Origin: Scyliorhinus canicula
Lineage: Eukaryota
Reading direction: 5' to 3'
NCBI RefSeq assembly: GCF_902713615.1
Contig: NC_052161.1
Coordinates: forward strand, 127,680,678-127,744,677
Length of the DNA stretch: 64,000 nucleotides
The notes under the pieces were generated by a model that was not told the DNA's origin, searched no databases, and was given only the letters and a program-made list of their open reading frames with translations. Shown piece by piece: positions 24,530-36,360 of this stretch. The first letter of the stretch is position 1; every line of letters starts with the position of its first letter. Made by a program: the position numbers and the translations under genes.

Positions 24530-24636
24530 GACAGGCTGTAGGGTCAAAGCCTCAGCTGTAGGCCCAAAGCCTCAGGTGTAGGCCCAAAGCCTCAGCTGTA
24601 GGCCCAAAGCCTCAGGTGTAGGCCCAAAGCCTCAGG
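24530..24636. repeat. 20 bp tandem repeat (CAAAGCCTCAGSTGTAGGCC) x~5
   Basis: Seen directly. Confidence 0.88.
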
Positions 24637-25309
24637 AGTGATTCTGACTCTCCCACCAGAAAGCAATCTGCGCCATCATTTAAATCTTAAGGCTGTCAGC
24701 AAGACTGACTTGTCAAATAGCTGAGTTTTTGCTGGTTACATCGTAATTGAGTAAAAAAAATACGTTCCAATCAATAGGGAGAATTTCCATCCAGTTCCGT
24801 TTCTTCAAACGGTTTTACTTCAGTTAGAGTTTTCTATATAAACTGATCTCCACTCTCCCACAGTAAGGCGAACATCACTCACGAAGTCCCACACCCCATT
24901 TACTCCAGTTAATTAAATAGAAACATGCTCGCCCTCATTTATAAACCTGACTGAAGCTGTTTGGTCTAAATGGGTCACTCAGACCCAGAAACCTCTCATC
25001 ACAGCATCAATCTGTGTGCTGTGTCTCTACATCGACTGCATTCCTTCCCTGAGTCTATATTTCCCCTTCAGCAATATTGGAGAATTTCCCAAACTACAAA
25101 ATGAAGTGGCTTCAACATTTGCTTTTTTAAAAAAAATAAATGTATTTTTCTGCATGCCATTCAGGAAAGCCAGATTCCTGATTGGAAAGAGGTAGTAAAT
25201 GCTTGGGTTATCATGACCGGTTGCCAATCCTTGGACATGTTCCTCGAAGTTTTATCACAGGACTGCCCACCTCCAACTCTCCCCCCCCCCCCCCCCCCCC
25301 CCCACACCC

Positions 25310-26478
25310 CCCACACTGATCACCCACCATGACCACCCTCACACTGCCCCTCCTCTCACATTGATCACCCACCAGGACCACCCTCACACTGCCCCTCCTC
25401 TCACATTGATCACCCACCATGACCATCCTCACACTGCCCCTCCTCTCACATTGATCACCCACCATGGCCATCCTCACACTGCCCCTCCTCTCACATTGAT
25501 CACCCACCATGGCCATCCTCACACTGCCCCTCCTCTCACATTGATCACCCACCATGGCCATCCTCATACTGCCCATTTCCCCATTGATCACCCACCAAGA
25601 CCACCCTCACACTGCCCCTCCTCTCACATTGATCACCCACCATGGCCATCCTCACACTGCCCCTCCTCTCACATTGATCACCCACCAGGACCATCCTCAC
25701 ACAGCCCCTCCTCTCACATTGATCACCCACCAGGACCACCCTCACACTGCCCCTCCCCTCACATTGATCACCCACCATGGCCACCCTCACACAGCCCCTC
25801 CTCTCACATTGATCACCCACCAGGACCACCCTCACACTGCCCCTCCTCTCACATTGATCACCCACCATGACCGTCCTCACACTGCCCCTCCCCTCACATT
25901 GATCATCCACCATGACCACCCTCACACTGCCCCTCCCCTCACATTGATCACCCACCATGACCATCCTCACGCAGCCCCTCCCCTCACATTGATCACCCAC
26001 CATGGCCACCCTCGCTCTGCCCATTTCCCCATTGATCACCCACCATGACCATCCTTGCTCTGCCCATTTCCCCTTTGATCACCCACCATTTTTTTTTATT
26101 TTTTATTTTTTTTTGTGTGTTTTTTTTTATAAATTTAGATTACCCAATTATTTTTTCCAATTAAGGGGCAATTTAGCGTGGCCAATCCACCTACTCTGCA
26201 CATTTTTGGGTTGTGGGGGCGAAACCCACGCAGACACGGGGAGAATGTGCAAACTCCACACGGACAGTACCCAGAGCCGGGATCGAACCTGGGACCTCAG
26301 CGCCATGAGGCGGTTGTGCTAACCATTAGGCCACCGTGCTGCCCTGTTTGATCACCCACCATGGCCATCCTCATACTGCCCATTTCCCCATTGATCACCC
26401 ACCATGACCATCCTCGCTCTGCCCATTTCCCCATTGATCACCCACCATGCCCACCCTCGCTCTGCCCATTTCCCCATG
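25310..26478. repeat. 45 bp minisatellite (CATTGATCACCCACCATGGCCATCCTCACACTGCCCCTCCTCTCA) with SINE insertion
   Basis: About 20 units; source of the His/Pro-rich ORFs. Confidence 0.92.
26089..26344 (-). mobile_element. HE1-like V-SINE, short subfamily
   Basis: 16 bp TSD TTTGATCACCCACCAT on both sides; long T-rich tail on + strand. Confidence 0.94.
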
Positions 26479-26890
26479 GCCAATTAGTAAGTCTCCTCAG
26501 CACCTGATTGGATGATTCTTCCCTCCAGCACGACCTAATGAACGAAAAGTGTTGGATGAAATGTATTTTTTTTAATGCCTCCCTCCCCACAGTGTCCTGG
26601 AGAATAATCTTCATATCCTGAAGGGTTGGAAACTCATAGACAGAATGAGTAGCATGATCCTGCCTCTGCCAGTGCCTCTGTGAGTTAATTCAGCAGGTCA
26701 GCAGGTACCCACACCGGGGGAGATTCCCAACTCAGGGGCCAGGTGGCCAATGTGCACACAGCAAGGGGAATGAGGTGAGTGGGAAAGTTCATCTCTTATT
26801 GGTGATGTCGTGCCGCCAGGACATTGGGAACTCTTACTCCTGATGTAGGTTCTCATTCAAGGGATACCCTGTACTTAACTTGTCTGATCC

Positions 26891-27240
26891 AGGGTGCAGC
26901 ACGGTAGCATTGTGGATAGCGCAATTGCTTCACAGCTCCAGGGTCCCAGGTTCGATTCCGGCTTGGGTCACTGTCTGTGCGGAGTCTGCACGTCCTCCCC
27001 GTGTCTGCGTGGGTTTCCTCCGGGTGCTCCGGTTTCCTCCCACGGTCCAAAGATGTGCAGGTTAGGTGGATTGGCCATGATAAATTGCCCTTAGTGTCCA
27101 AAATTGCCCTTAGCGTTGGGTGGGGTTACTGGGTTATGGGATAGGGTGGAGGTGTTGACCTTGGGTAGGGTGCTCTTTCCAAGAGCCGGTGCAGACTCGA
27201 TGGGCCGAATGGCCTCCTTCTGCACTGGAAATTCTATGAA
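26891..27240 (+). mobile_element. HE1-like V-SINE, long form with CR1(HER1)-type tail
   Basis: Complete V-domain; tail gggccgaatggcctccttctgcactg...attctatga. Confidence 0.92.
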
Positions 27241-27244
27241 TAGG

Positions 27245-27540
27245 GACACTCGGAACAGGAGGAGGCCATTTAGCCCGTTGGGCCTGTTCCATCACTCCAT
27301 TAGGTCACAACTGATTCACACTCAGCTCCATTCCCTGCTTTAACTCCACTCCCTTTCATAGTTTAACCCAACAAAGATCGATTCAGCTCTGTCGTGACCC
27401 CCACGGCTGATCCACAACTTTGTGCGGAAGAAAGTTCCAGAATCACACACCCTTTGTTTGAAGAAACCTTTCTCAATTTACCTCTTGAATGACTTGGCTT
27501 GAATTTTAATCTTGCCGCCCCATTTGTTCCATTAGAGAAA
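27245..27540 (-). mobile_element. CR1 LINE 3' end, degenerate
   Basis: ggaacaggaggaggccatttagccc is the reverse complement of a CR1 terminal stem-loop. Confidence 0.65.
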
Positions 27541-27820
27541 CAATCTCTGGGTGTTTATTCCGTCCAATTCCGTTAACAAGCTGCTCTTGTTTACACCATC
27601 CAGGGGACTAATGCGTGTGGACAATACACCCGAGGGTCAAAGCGCCGGGGATAGAACTGGAGGCAGTTGCAGATCTAGGATGGAGTGGAGCCACGAAGCA
27701 GTAGGATGCAAGTTTGGACCCGCGGCCTTCAAGTGGGATTATGCAGAGCCTCACATGCACTCCAGCTAGAAGCATATGCACATTGCATGAACACAGCGTA
27801 TTGGTTGTGATGCAACTGTC

Positions 27821-28037
27821 AGGGCGTAGTGGTTAGCACTGCTGCCTCAAGGCGCTGAGGACCCAGGTTCAAACCCGGCCCCGGGTCACTGTCCGTGTGG
27901 AGTTTGCACATTCTCCCCGTGTCTGCGTGGGTTTCACCCCCACAACCCAAAGTTGTGCGGGTTAGGTGGATTGACCACGCTAAACTGCCCCTTAATTGGG
28001 AAAAAAATAACTGGGTACTTTAAATTTTTTTTTAAAA
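27821..28037 (+). mobile_element. HE1-like V-SINE, short subfamily
   Basis: Head, V-domain, tail. Confidence 0.9.
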
Positions 28038-28269
28038 TGGTTGCACTGCCCACCGATTCTCTCTGTCGATGTTCTCATGTGAACTATGGGGATGCGGGAG
28101 AGGGACAGTATCGAGGCCAGAAGTCGCAATTAGCAACAGTGACTCGAGGAAAATAGCAAAGCACAACATTGGAGACCAATCGTGACACTGAGGAAGATGA
28201 CAGTTGGCGGAAGACCAGGCTACGTGACCTGTTTTATTGATGTTTGTTGAGGGTTACCGGATCATTATC

Positions 28270-28700
28270 AGCTGGAGCTCACTCAGTGCCACTCCCATCT
28301 CTGAGTGACCACGGAACAAGTTCCAATCCAGGACCCGAGCATGAACATCAGGTCGGAGTCTCCAGTGCAGTCCCGAGGGAAAACTCCGCTGCTGGAGCTC
28401 TGGTCTCTTGGTTGAGACGTTAAACCAAGACCCCCATCTACCTACTTAATTTGAGATAAAATATCCCGTGGCACTATTTTGAACAAGGGAAGCGGATTTA
28501 TTCAAAACTCAATCAACGTCCCAAAAACAGACTATTCTGTCATTATCATATTGCTGTTTGTGGGATCTTTCTATGTAAAATTAGCTGTCACGGCCCCTAC
28601 ATTACAGCAGTGACTGCACCTCAAAGTATTTCAGTAGTTTAAAAATGCTTCAAGATGTCCTGCGGTTGTGACAGGCGTTAGATAATTCAAAATTTTCTTC
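28270..28700 (+). mobile_element. Deu-domain SINE (SacSINE1/AmnSINE1-like)
   Basis: tgagacgttaaacc, tcccgtggcactatttt, attgctgtttgtggga, cctacattacagcagtgact match the recalled Deu consensus. Confidence 0.8.
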
Positions 28701-29050
28701 TGTTGTGCACTTTAATAAAAGTTAGTTTTCATTTGGCTCAATTTACTTGTGCTGATTGAAGCATTTATTGCTCAGTAATGCGGGTTTTCTTTTCCAATTC
28801 GACCTCCCAGTGTTAACTTCAAACACTTCCATGCCCATCGAGCTCAGTTTGACGCACAGTACTGCACACGTTTTCTCTCTCCACTTCCTATCAACGTGAC
28901 CTAATCTGAACTCAGAATAGCTCGACTTATATTCTTGCCCTCATATCGCCTGTTCGCACCCCGACCATCCTCCCTGAATAGGACATGCCCCCCGCCCCCC
29001 CCCCCCCCCCCCCCCATCAATACAAGTTGCATTTGCAGTTGTGCAACGCC

Positions 29051-29252
29051 AGGGGTGACACGGTAGCACAGTGGTTAGCACTGCTGCGCCACAGCAACGG
29101 GGACCCGGGTACAATCCCGACCTCAAGTTACTGTGTGGAGTTTGCACGTTCTCCCCGTGTGTGCGTGGGTTTCCTCCGGGTGCTCCGGTTTCCTCCCACA
29201 GTCCAAAGATGTGTTGGTTAGGTGGATTGGCCATGATAAAATTGCCCCTTAC
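29051..29252 (+). mobile_element. HE1-like V-SINE (long V-domain), cut off by a family C SINE
   Basis: Head and V-domain up to aaattgcccctta. Confidence 0.85.
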
Positions 29253-29253
29253 T

Positions 29254-29428
29254 GGGGCTGGTTTAGCACAGTGGGCTAAACAGCTGGCTTGTAATGCAGA
29301 ACAAGGCCAGCAGCGCGGGTTCAATTCCCATACCGGCCTTCCCGAACAGGCGCCGGAATGTGGTAACTAGGGGCTTTTCACGGTAACTTCATTTGAAGCC
29401 TACTTGTGACAATAAGTGATTATTATTA
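29254..29428 (+). mobile_element. tRNA-headed SINE family C, variant with (ATT)n tail
   Basis: Same core as other family C copies. Confidence 0.82.
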
Positions 29429-29534
29429 GTGTCCCTTAGCACCAGGCTGAATCCCACGTAGACATGGCGCAGTGCTGGCTGTTTCCCACTCCTTAGCGCA
29501 GGGCACTGAGGCCGTATCTAACAGCCCTAATGAG

Positions 29535-30320
29535 TGGCTCCGTGGTAACACTCTCAACTATGAGTCATGGATTGAATTTCCACTTCTGTGACTTGAATGT
29601 GAAATATGGAGGCGGACACTCCAGTGCAGTACTGTGGGAGAGCTGCCCTGTCAGGGGTGCCTTTTTTGGATGAGACGCAAAATCAAGTCACAGTCCCAGG
29701 TTCGACCCCCACCCCGGGGCACTTTAAATTTATTTTTTGAAAATCAAGTCACGATCTTCCCTCTCAGGAGTCCCCCTAAAAGGTCGCATTGAAGAACAGC
29801 AGGGAAGCCCACCCCTGTGTCCTGGCAAGTATTTATTCCTCAACAAAGATCACTGTGGTGAATGTAACATGATAATTCACACTATGTCTTTGTAAGCGCA
29901 GTAGCGTTATCGACCACTAGGGGGAGTAGCTCTGGGAATGCTCAGGAGCTTGTACAGGGCTCCACCCTTGGCTCTGCCCATGACTCCTCCCCCTAGCGCT
30001 GCTGTATAAATACCCTTGTCCAGAATCAGCCTGCAGTTCACTGAGAGTTCATCAACGGGTAACAGGCTGGCTCTGCAGTAAGTCGATTAAAGCCTAGATT
30101 CATATCGGAAACACGTGTCTGGTGAATTGATGGTTCCATCAATCACTAAAAGAGATTAGCTGTTTGTCATCACATTGCAGTTTGTGGGGAGTTGGATGTT
30201 GAATTCCAACATTATAACAGCGACTACACTCCAAAAATGACGGAACTGGTCATAAAAGTGTTTTGGGATGTGCTGAAGCTGTGAAAGGCGCTATCTAAAT
30301 GCAAGCCTACTTTTTCCCTT
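29535..30320 (+). mobile_element. Deu-domain SINE interrupted by a solo LTR
   Basis: cagtgcagtactgtgggagagctgccctgtcagggg, gaagaacagcaggg, gtgaaaggcgctatctaaatgcaag. Confidence 0.8.
29854..30141 (+). mobile_element. Solo LTR (288 bp, probably Gypsy or BEL)
   Basis: TG...CA ends, 5 bp TSD ATCAC (29849-29853, 30142-30146), TATAAATA at 30005, ATTAAA at ~30086. Confidence 0.85.
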
Positions 30321-31062
30321 CAGACTCACTCAGTGTGAAGGTGAGTGTCGGATCATCTACATTGCTCAGTGCCACCCCCACCCCTCCCCCACCACACACC
30401 CACAACTCACTGGATCACCAGGGGAGTGTAACAGTGTCGAGCAAATCACCCAACTGAGCAGAAGAGCGCGGGTACGTTCCTGTGGGAGCAGCAGGTTGTG
30501 GTGAGGGGCTACACGCAGCCTCTCTGGGGAGATATTTGCTCTTCTGATACTGACAAGCGAGAAAACCCCAGTGAGAAACCCCGTGAAGAGCAAATGCTAC
30601 AAATGAAGAACATTCAAGTGAAACATGACAGTTTCACTTCCTCTGTGAGTAGGCGGTTTCTCACACGTTTAAGGGCCGCGAGCCAAAGGGATTGACAAAC
30701 CCTCACAGGACAGTCGGAAAATCTCACTTCCCGAAAGGAGAATTCAATAAAGGGGGCTTGGAAAATGTCATCTCAGCTGGTGCCCACAGGCGTCGTCCCC
30801 TGTGGATCACGGACTACGGTGCCCACATATCCTGTCTGTCTCCTCTCTAACGTGCCTCTCGGAGTAGGCTGCAGTTGGCTGAAGTCATTCTGACAGTCCT
30901 GGGCCGCTGGGGCAATCTGCCCGGTGATCTGCTTCCTGTGACAACACACATCTGAGTGAGCGACACGGTTCACAGGTGACCAGCCTGGGGACGGGTTGGC
31001 AACCTCGCCAGGATTTCCCCAGAAGTCTCCAGAAATGAAATGTTAAATCTTCAAGACAGCTG

Positions 31063-31233
31063 AAAAAACTGAAAATCGCTTATTGTCACGAGTAGGCTTC
31101 AATGAAGTTACTGTGAAAAGCCCCTAGTCGCCACATTCCGGCGCCTGTCCGGGGAGGCTGGTACGGGAATCGAACCGTGCTGCTGGCCTGCTTGGTAAGC
31201 CAGCGATTTAGCTGAGTGAGCTAAACCAGCCCC
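31063..31233 (-). mobile_element. tRNA-headed SINE family C
   Basis: Reverse copy with small internal deletion. Confidence 0.85.
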
Positions 31234-31404
31234 TGTGCAGCTACAGTGAACAAAGGAAAAGAACCATGGTGGGGGGGGGGGGGGGGGGAAACAAATTACA
31301 CCCCTCCAAAAAAAAACAAAGGACTTGGACAGTTTTATTTACTAGTTACAGAAATATTGGAGATGGGGGAAGAAAAGGTGGTTTGATTCATTGCCAAGGA
31401 TCAA

Positions 31405-31805
31405 CAACAATAATAATTTCTATTTGGAGAGCGCCTTTAACATAACCAAACATCCCCCAATGCTTCACATCACAATATGACGCATCAGGAGACATTAGGT
31501 CAGATGACTAAAAACCTGGTTAAAGGAATGAGTTAGAGAGAATGGAGAGATGTTGGGAAAGGTATTTCAGAGTTTAAGGCTTAGGAAACTGGAGGCACGG
31601 CTGCCCATGGTGGAGTGGTTCAAATTGAGGATGCACAAGGGTCCAGACTTGGACGAGTGCAGAGATCTCGGAGAGACGTGGGGCTGGAGGAGCTTCCAGA
31701 GATCAGGAGGGGTGAGGCCACAGAGGGATTTGAACCCAAGGATGAAAATTTTAAATCGAGATGGTATTGACCAGGAAGCAATGTAGGTCAAGTGAGAACA
31801 GAGGT
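31405..31805 (-). mobile_element. L2-clade LINE 3' end
   Basis: Peptide SRFKIFILGFKSLCGLTPPDLWKLLQPH..PRSLHSS....STMGSRA is typical of the L2 C-terminus; tail taaaggcgctctccaaatag. Confidence 0.75.
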
Positions 31806-32229
31806 GCAGCTTTTCGATTGGCCAAGGGGAAAGCGCCAGGATGGACTTGCGAAGTGACCAATGGCGAAAGGGACAGCCAGCGGGGAGGCTGGTGGTGCGA
31901 GGTCAGCTCATGCGATGAAGCCTCCAGGGATATGTCCAATCAGAGTTGGCAACCCTCAGTCCAGCACTACCCTACCATCAGGCTAACAGTTTTTTAAAAA
32001 AGTCATTTTGTGAAGTCTAACTTTATAGAAAGGGACATCTAGTTCCCTTTTTACTTTGGGAGGATTTCCTGAGCAGAAGCGGAAAGCGATAGTCTTTTTT
32101 TAAAGTTGATTCAGAGGTCAGCTCACACAGAGAGAAGTTGCAGACACTCAACAACACATGGGGCTCGGTTACTTGCTTGCTGTGTTAATATTGGCGAATA
32201 TTTTTCCTTTCTCCTGAAGATTGCTGGCA

Positions 32230-32458
32230 TTTAAAAAAATAAATTTAGAGTATCCAATTATTTTTTTCCAATTAAGGAGCAATTTAGCCTGGCCAATCCA
32301 CCTAACCTGCACATCTTTGGGTTGTGGGGGTGAAACCCACGCAGACACGGGGAGAATGTGCAAACCTCCACACGGACAGTGACCCAGAGCCGGGATTGAA
32401 CTCAGGTCCTCAGCGCCGTGAGGCAGCAGTGCTAACCACTGCGCCACCGTGCTGCCCC
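32230..32458 (-). mobile_element. HE1-like V-SINE, short subfamily
   Basis: TSD aagattgctggc / aagattgctgac. Confidence 0.92.
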
Positions 32459-32557
32459 AAAGATTGCTGACCTTTGCTGAGTTCAGTTGCTAAGGTTCTG
32501 TTGTTGGGAGATTGAGTTGCAGGGCTTCAGTTGCCAGGGTTTCATCAACCTGATGTT

Positions 32558-32620
32558 GGTAGCCATTGGTCCTCCCTCGGTAGCCATTGGTCCTCCCTCG
32601 GTAGCCATTTGTCCTCCCTC
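32558..32620. repeat. 21 bp tandem triplication (GGTAGCCATTGGTCCTCCCTC)
   Basis: Seen directly. Confidence 0.85.
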
Positions 32621-32937
32621 ACAGAGCCCAGGTGTACCTCGTCAGCAGAACATTGTCCTGTGGGAGGCAGCCATCTGCATTCAAGAAGGGTTTGCTCTTT
32701 GGGCTTCCTGCACAGTGAGACCCTGCCCATGATGGTTGATCGCCAATGGCAGAGGGATGAGGCCCTTACGTCCCCACCCACAGCCCTCCTGCCCGATTAA
32801 ATGCTGCCCAGCCACCAAACCCGCTACACATTCCTTTCCTTTCATCTGCCCGGAACATACATGTTTTCGCTATTTACAATAGGTACTGGTGTGACCAATC
32901 CTGGACAATAAGAGCCTGAAATGTTGTTACACTTAGT

Positions 32938-33029
32938 TTGCACTGGATTTGCAATGGTTTGGTACTGGATTTGCACCGGATTTGGACCGGATTTGCACCA
33001 GATATGCATCGGATTTGCACTGGATTTGC
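32938..33029. repeat. 11 bp tandem repeat (CTGGATTTGCA) x~8
   Basis: Seen directly, degenerate. Confidence 0.8.
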
Positions 33030-33389
33030 ATGTTGAGTCCAGAATAGTTCCATGCGATACTGAATCCACCAGAATTTCCTGGGTTAGCCCATTTGCTTGT
33101 CTATTGGAGACGACCCTGAGCACAAATCCTATGTAATCATAGGAATTTTGGAATAAAAGAAGGCTAAGATTAATCAACTGGTTGTCACGTATACGATTAA
33201 GTTGTAATTAATCTCTATCAGTGGGCCTACTGCAGGACCAGACAGGAGGAGAGCAAAACTCCCAGTGGTGAAGAGCTTTGGAAACCCCCATTGGTCCAAA
33301 ATGGACTGTTCCTCCCACGCCCACCCAGTAATCCAATCCCTCCATCCCCTCAATCGTTCTGGCTGCTCTCTCCGGTAAAAGTAAACTCG

Positions 33390-33835
33390 CCACAGCCCCA
33401 GATCACCATAGGCTGATTTCCCCTTTGAGGTGGGGGAGAGCTGACTGGCGGTGGTTTAACCTGAGGGTCGCCACACCTCAGATGAGGGGCAAGGTTGAGA
33501 AAGCGGGGTCTGGGCAGCACGGTGGCTCAGTGGGTTAGCACTGCAGTCTCACGGCGCTGAGGTCCCAGGTTCGATCCCGGCTCTGGGTCACTGTCCATGT
33601 GGAGTTTGCACATTCTCCCCGTGTTTGCGTGGGTTTCACCCCCACAACCCAAAAATGTGCAGGCTAGGTGGATTGAACACGCTAAATTGCCCCTTAATTG
33701 GAAAAAATTAATTGGGTACTCTAAATTTAAAAAAAAAAAAGAGAACCTTCATGAATAACCTCAGCCGGTACGAGGATTGAACCCCCGCTGTTGGTCGTGT
33801 CCTGCTCATGAACCAGCCGTTTCAGCAAACTGAGT
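33390..33835 (-). mobile_element. tRNA-headed SINE family D interrupted by a V-SINE
   Basis: Reverse complement of the element at 23075-23305. Confidence 0.72.
33512..33740 (+). mobile_element. HE1-like V-SINE, short subfamily
   Basis: Full length with poly(A). Confidence 0.92.
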
Positions 33836-33860
33836 ATCACTTCAAAAGCTACAATATCCT

Positions 33861-34082
33861 TCTCTCCGTGTCTGCGTGGGTCTCACCCCCACAACCCAAG
33901 ACATGTGCAGGGTAGGTGCATTGGCCATGCTAAATCGGCCCTTAATTGGAAAAATTAATTGGGTACTCTAAATTTAGGTTGGGTTGTGTGGGCGAAACCC
34001 ACGCAAGCACGGGGAGAATGTGCAAACTCCACACGGACAGTGACCCAGAGCCGGGCTCGAACCTGGGACCCCGGCACCGTGA
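33861..34082. mobile_element. Rearranged V-SINE: 3' half on + strand fused to 5' half on minus strand
   Basis: Junction near 33976. Confidence 0.8.
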
Positions 34083-34164
34083 CATTTCAGATCAATACTA
34101 ACCTTTACATATAATGCAATGTCTGTTATGGATCACTTACTGCTGCCGCGTATTTCTAAAGAAG

Positions 34165-34400
34165 GAGCTTGCATTTATATTATACTTCCATAATCTCTGG
34201 GCAGCTCCAGGCTCTTTAGAGTCAATGATGTACTTTTTGAAGTATCGTCACTCTGGAAGCGCATCAGGCAATTTGTGCACAGCAAGATTCCACAGACAGC
34301 AGTGTGATAATGACTAGATAATCTGTTTTAGTGATGCTGGTTAGGAGTTAAATATCGGCAAGGACGATTAGGGAGGAATACATTGTTCATCTTCAAAATA
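34165..34400 (-). mobile_element. Deu-domain SINE fragment
   Basis: cttgcatttatatt, caatttgtgcacagcaagattccacagacagca, ataatctgttttagtgatg are reverse-complemented Deu segments. Confidence 0.75.
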
Positions 34401-34820
34401 ATGTCATATTTACTCCTGGAAATAGATGGTCTTTGTGATGGGAAGGATGTGGGATCGATTGACACAAACAGTCTGGCTCAGCCTGAGAAAGCGGGCCGAC
34501 TGAGGGGTGGGGCAATCAAAGGCAAGAATAGGGGTTATGTAAGGGGGTCAGTCTGTCCAATTTGTAACTGGAGTAAACTTTGCTCCCCTAAAAACTACAT
34601 GTTGGACAAACAGAAAGAGAGTACTGGAGATGGAGAGCTGGCTGTCAACGCTATATATGTAAATCCTGACAACATGTCCAAAGATGTGCAGGTTAGGTGG
34701 ATCGGACATGATAAAAATTGCCAAAGGTTAGATGGGGTCCCGGGTTAGGGCGAGGGAGGGGGCCTAGGTCTGGGTGCTCTTTCGGAGGAATGGCGCAGAC
34801 TCGATGGGCTGAAAGGCCTC

Positions 34821-35066
34821 AGTCATAACCCACTACTTGTGACTGATGGGTGGGGGTGATTGTCTTCCCTGTGTCCCTTGCGGAGTACGAGCTCCCTCGT
34901 TAAAGGGACGGGGTAAGGTCTATCCATTTTGTATAATAGGTCGGCCAGTTCGGCACCGGCCGTTGGGCCTGGTTGGGAATAACCGGGATCTGTCTATTAT
35001 AGCCTCGTAAATAAACCCACGTTCCTTGGATACAACTCGCTGTGCACTCTCCGTGACTTCATAAAA
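34821..35066 (+). mobile_element. Probable degenerate solo LTR inserted in a long V-SINE tail
   Basis: Splits ggcctc|tgcactgt of the HE1 tail; near-TSD gcctc/gtctc; AATAAA at ~35010; ends are not canonical TG..CA. Confidence 0.45.
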
Positions 35067-35120
35067 GTCTCTGCACTGTCGGCATTCCAGCCTTCCGTGA
35101 GTCTATGTCTAATAATTGTT

Positions 35121-35803
35121 GGGCGGGATTCTCCCAAAATGGGACTATGTCCCCACCCCGGCGTAAAAACACTGGATTTATATTCTGGAGATTCCTGGGA
35201 ACAAGTACAGCTAATTCACAGCACTGCAGGGGGCTAGCAGGGACCTGGAGTTAATAACGCAGCTTTAGCCGTGGGTACGGGCCCCCGCATCTCCGGTTTT
35301 GAGTCCGCGCATGTGCACGGCGGCGTGCCGAGCGCAATGGCGGACTCGGACCGCAGAGGCAGACACAAACATTAGAGCCCCCCCCCCTCCCCGAGCCCGA
35401 GGATCTGACCGCGCGGATTGCAAACCCCGGCCGCCTATAAGCCCCCCCTCCCCCGGGTGTCCGATCCCCCCCGCCCCCCACCAGGGCAGCCGCGGACTGA
35501 GTCCGCAGCCGCCATCCAGCATCCCGACCGGCAAATGGCAGGTTAGTTCCGGGCCTTCGGGAACTCGGCCGGTCGGGAGCGGAGGATCACTGGGCTGGCT
35601 TCTGTCAATGGCCCCCCCCCCAGCCGCGCGCCGTACTCCGCGATCACGCCGATTCTCGGGTCCCGGAGAATCACCGGACCGGCGCCGGCCCTGATTTCAG
35701 TGTGATGGGCAAATTCAGACCACTCCATATTTGACAGGGACCATTGTCACACATGGTAACATCACAGGACACAATGGGCTGGATTCTCCATGCGTGGATC
35801 ACA
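35121..35803. mobile_element. PIF/Harbinger-like MITE whose right terminus is inverted
   Basis: Left TIR gggcgggattctcc; right TIR appears in flipped orientation (gggctggattctcc) at 35776. Confidence 0.75.
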
Positions 35804-36360
35804 TTGTGTCCTGTGATGTTACCATGTGTGACAATGGTCCCTGTCAAATATTGAGTGGGCTGAATTTGCCCATCACTATGATTTTAGGCACATCACGCTA
35901 AGTCCTCTGTATCCCCAGTCAGACAGGAAGGCAGGAAAGGGTGTCCACGTTGTAAAACAGCTGCTAGAAAAGGCCATTGACAGCCAGGAAGACATCTAAC
36001 TGGTGCTTCTAAACAATCATTCGGCACCGCTTGTCAATGAGCTATCATAGCATAACTGCTGATGAATAGACAGCTACGAATGACAATGTCTTCCATTGCA
36101 ACTCACCCTGCGGCTCCAGGATTGAAGCAGAAACTGTTCCTTGAAAAGAAAAGGCAGAAAGGGTTCTAGGACAGAGCCACAAGGAAGCTCCACCCCCTGC
36201 ATCCCGGTTATACAGTCAGCCCGGACGATGCAAATGGCAATGGATGGTCAAGGCTCGCAAAGATATTGCAACAGGCAGGTCCACATTGGTTTTTGGTTGT
36301 GACTGAGGAAGGTTCATTCTTGCGAAGGAACCAAAAAGCGCTGTTAAAAGTACAACGTCA

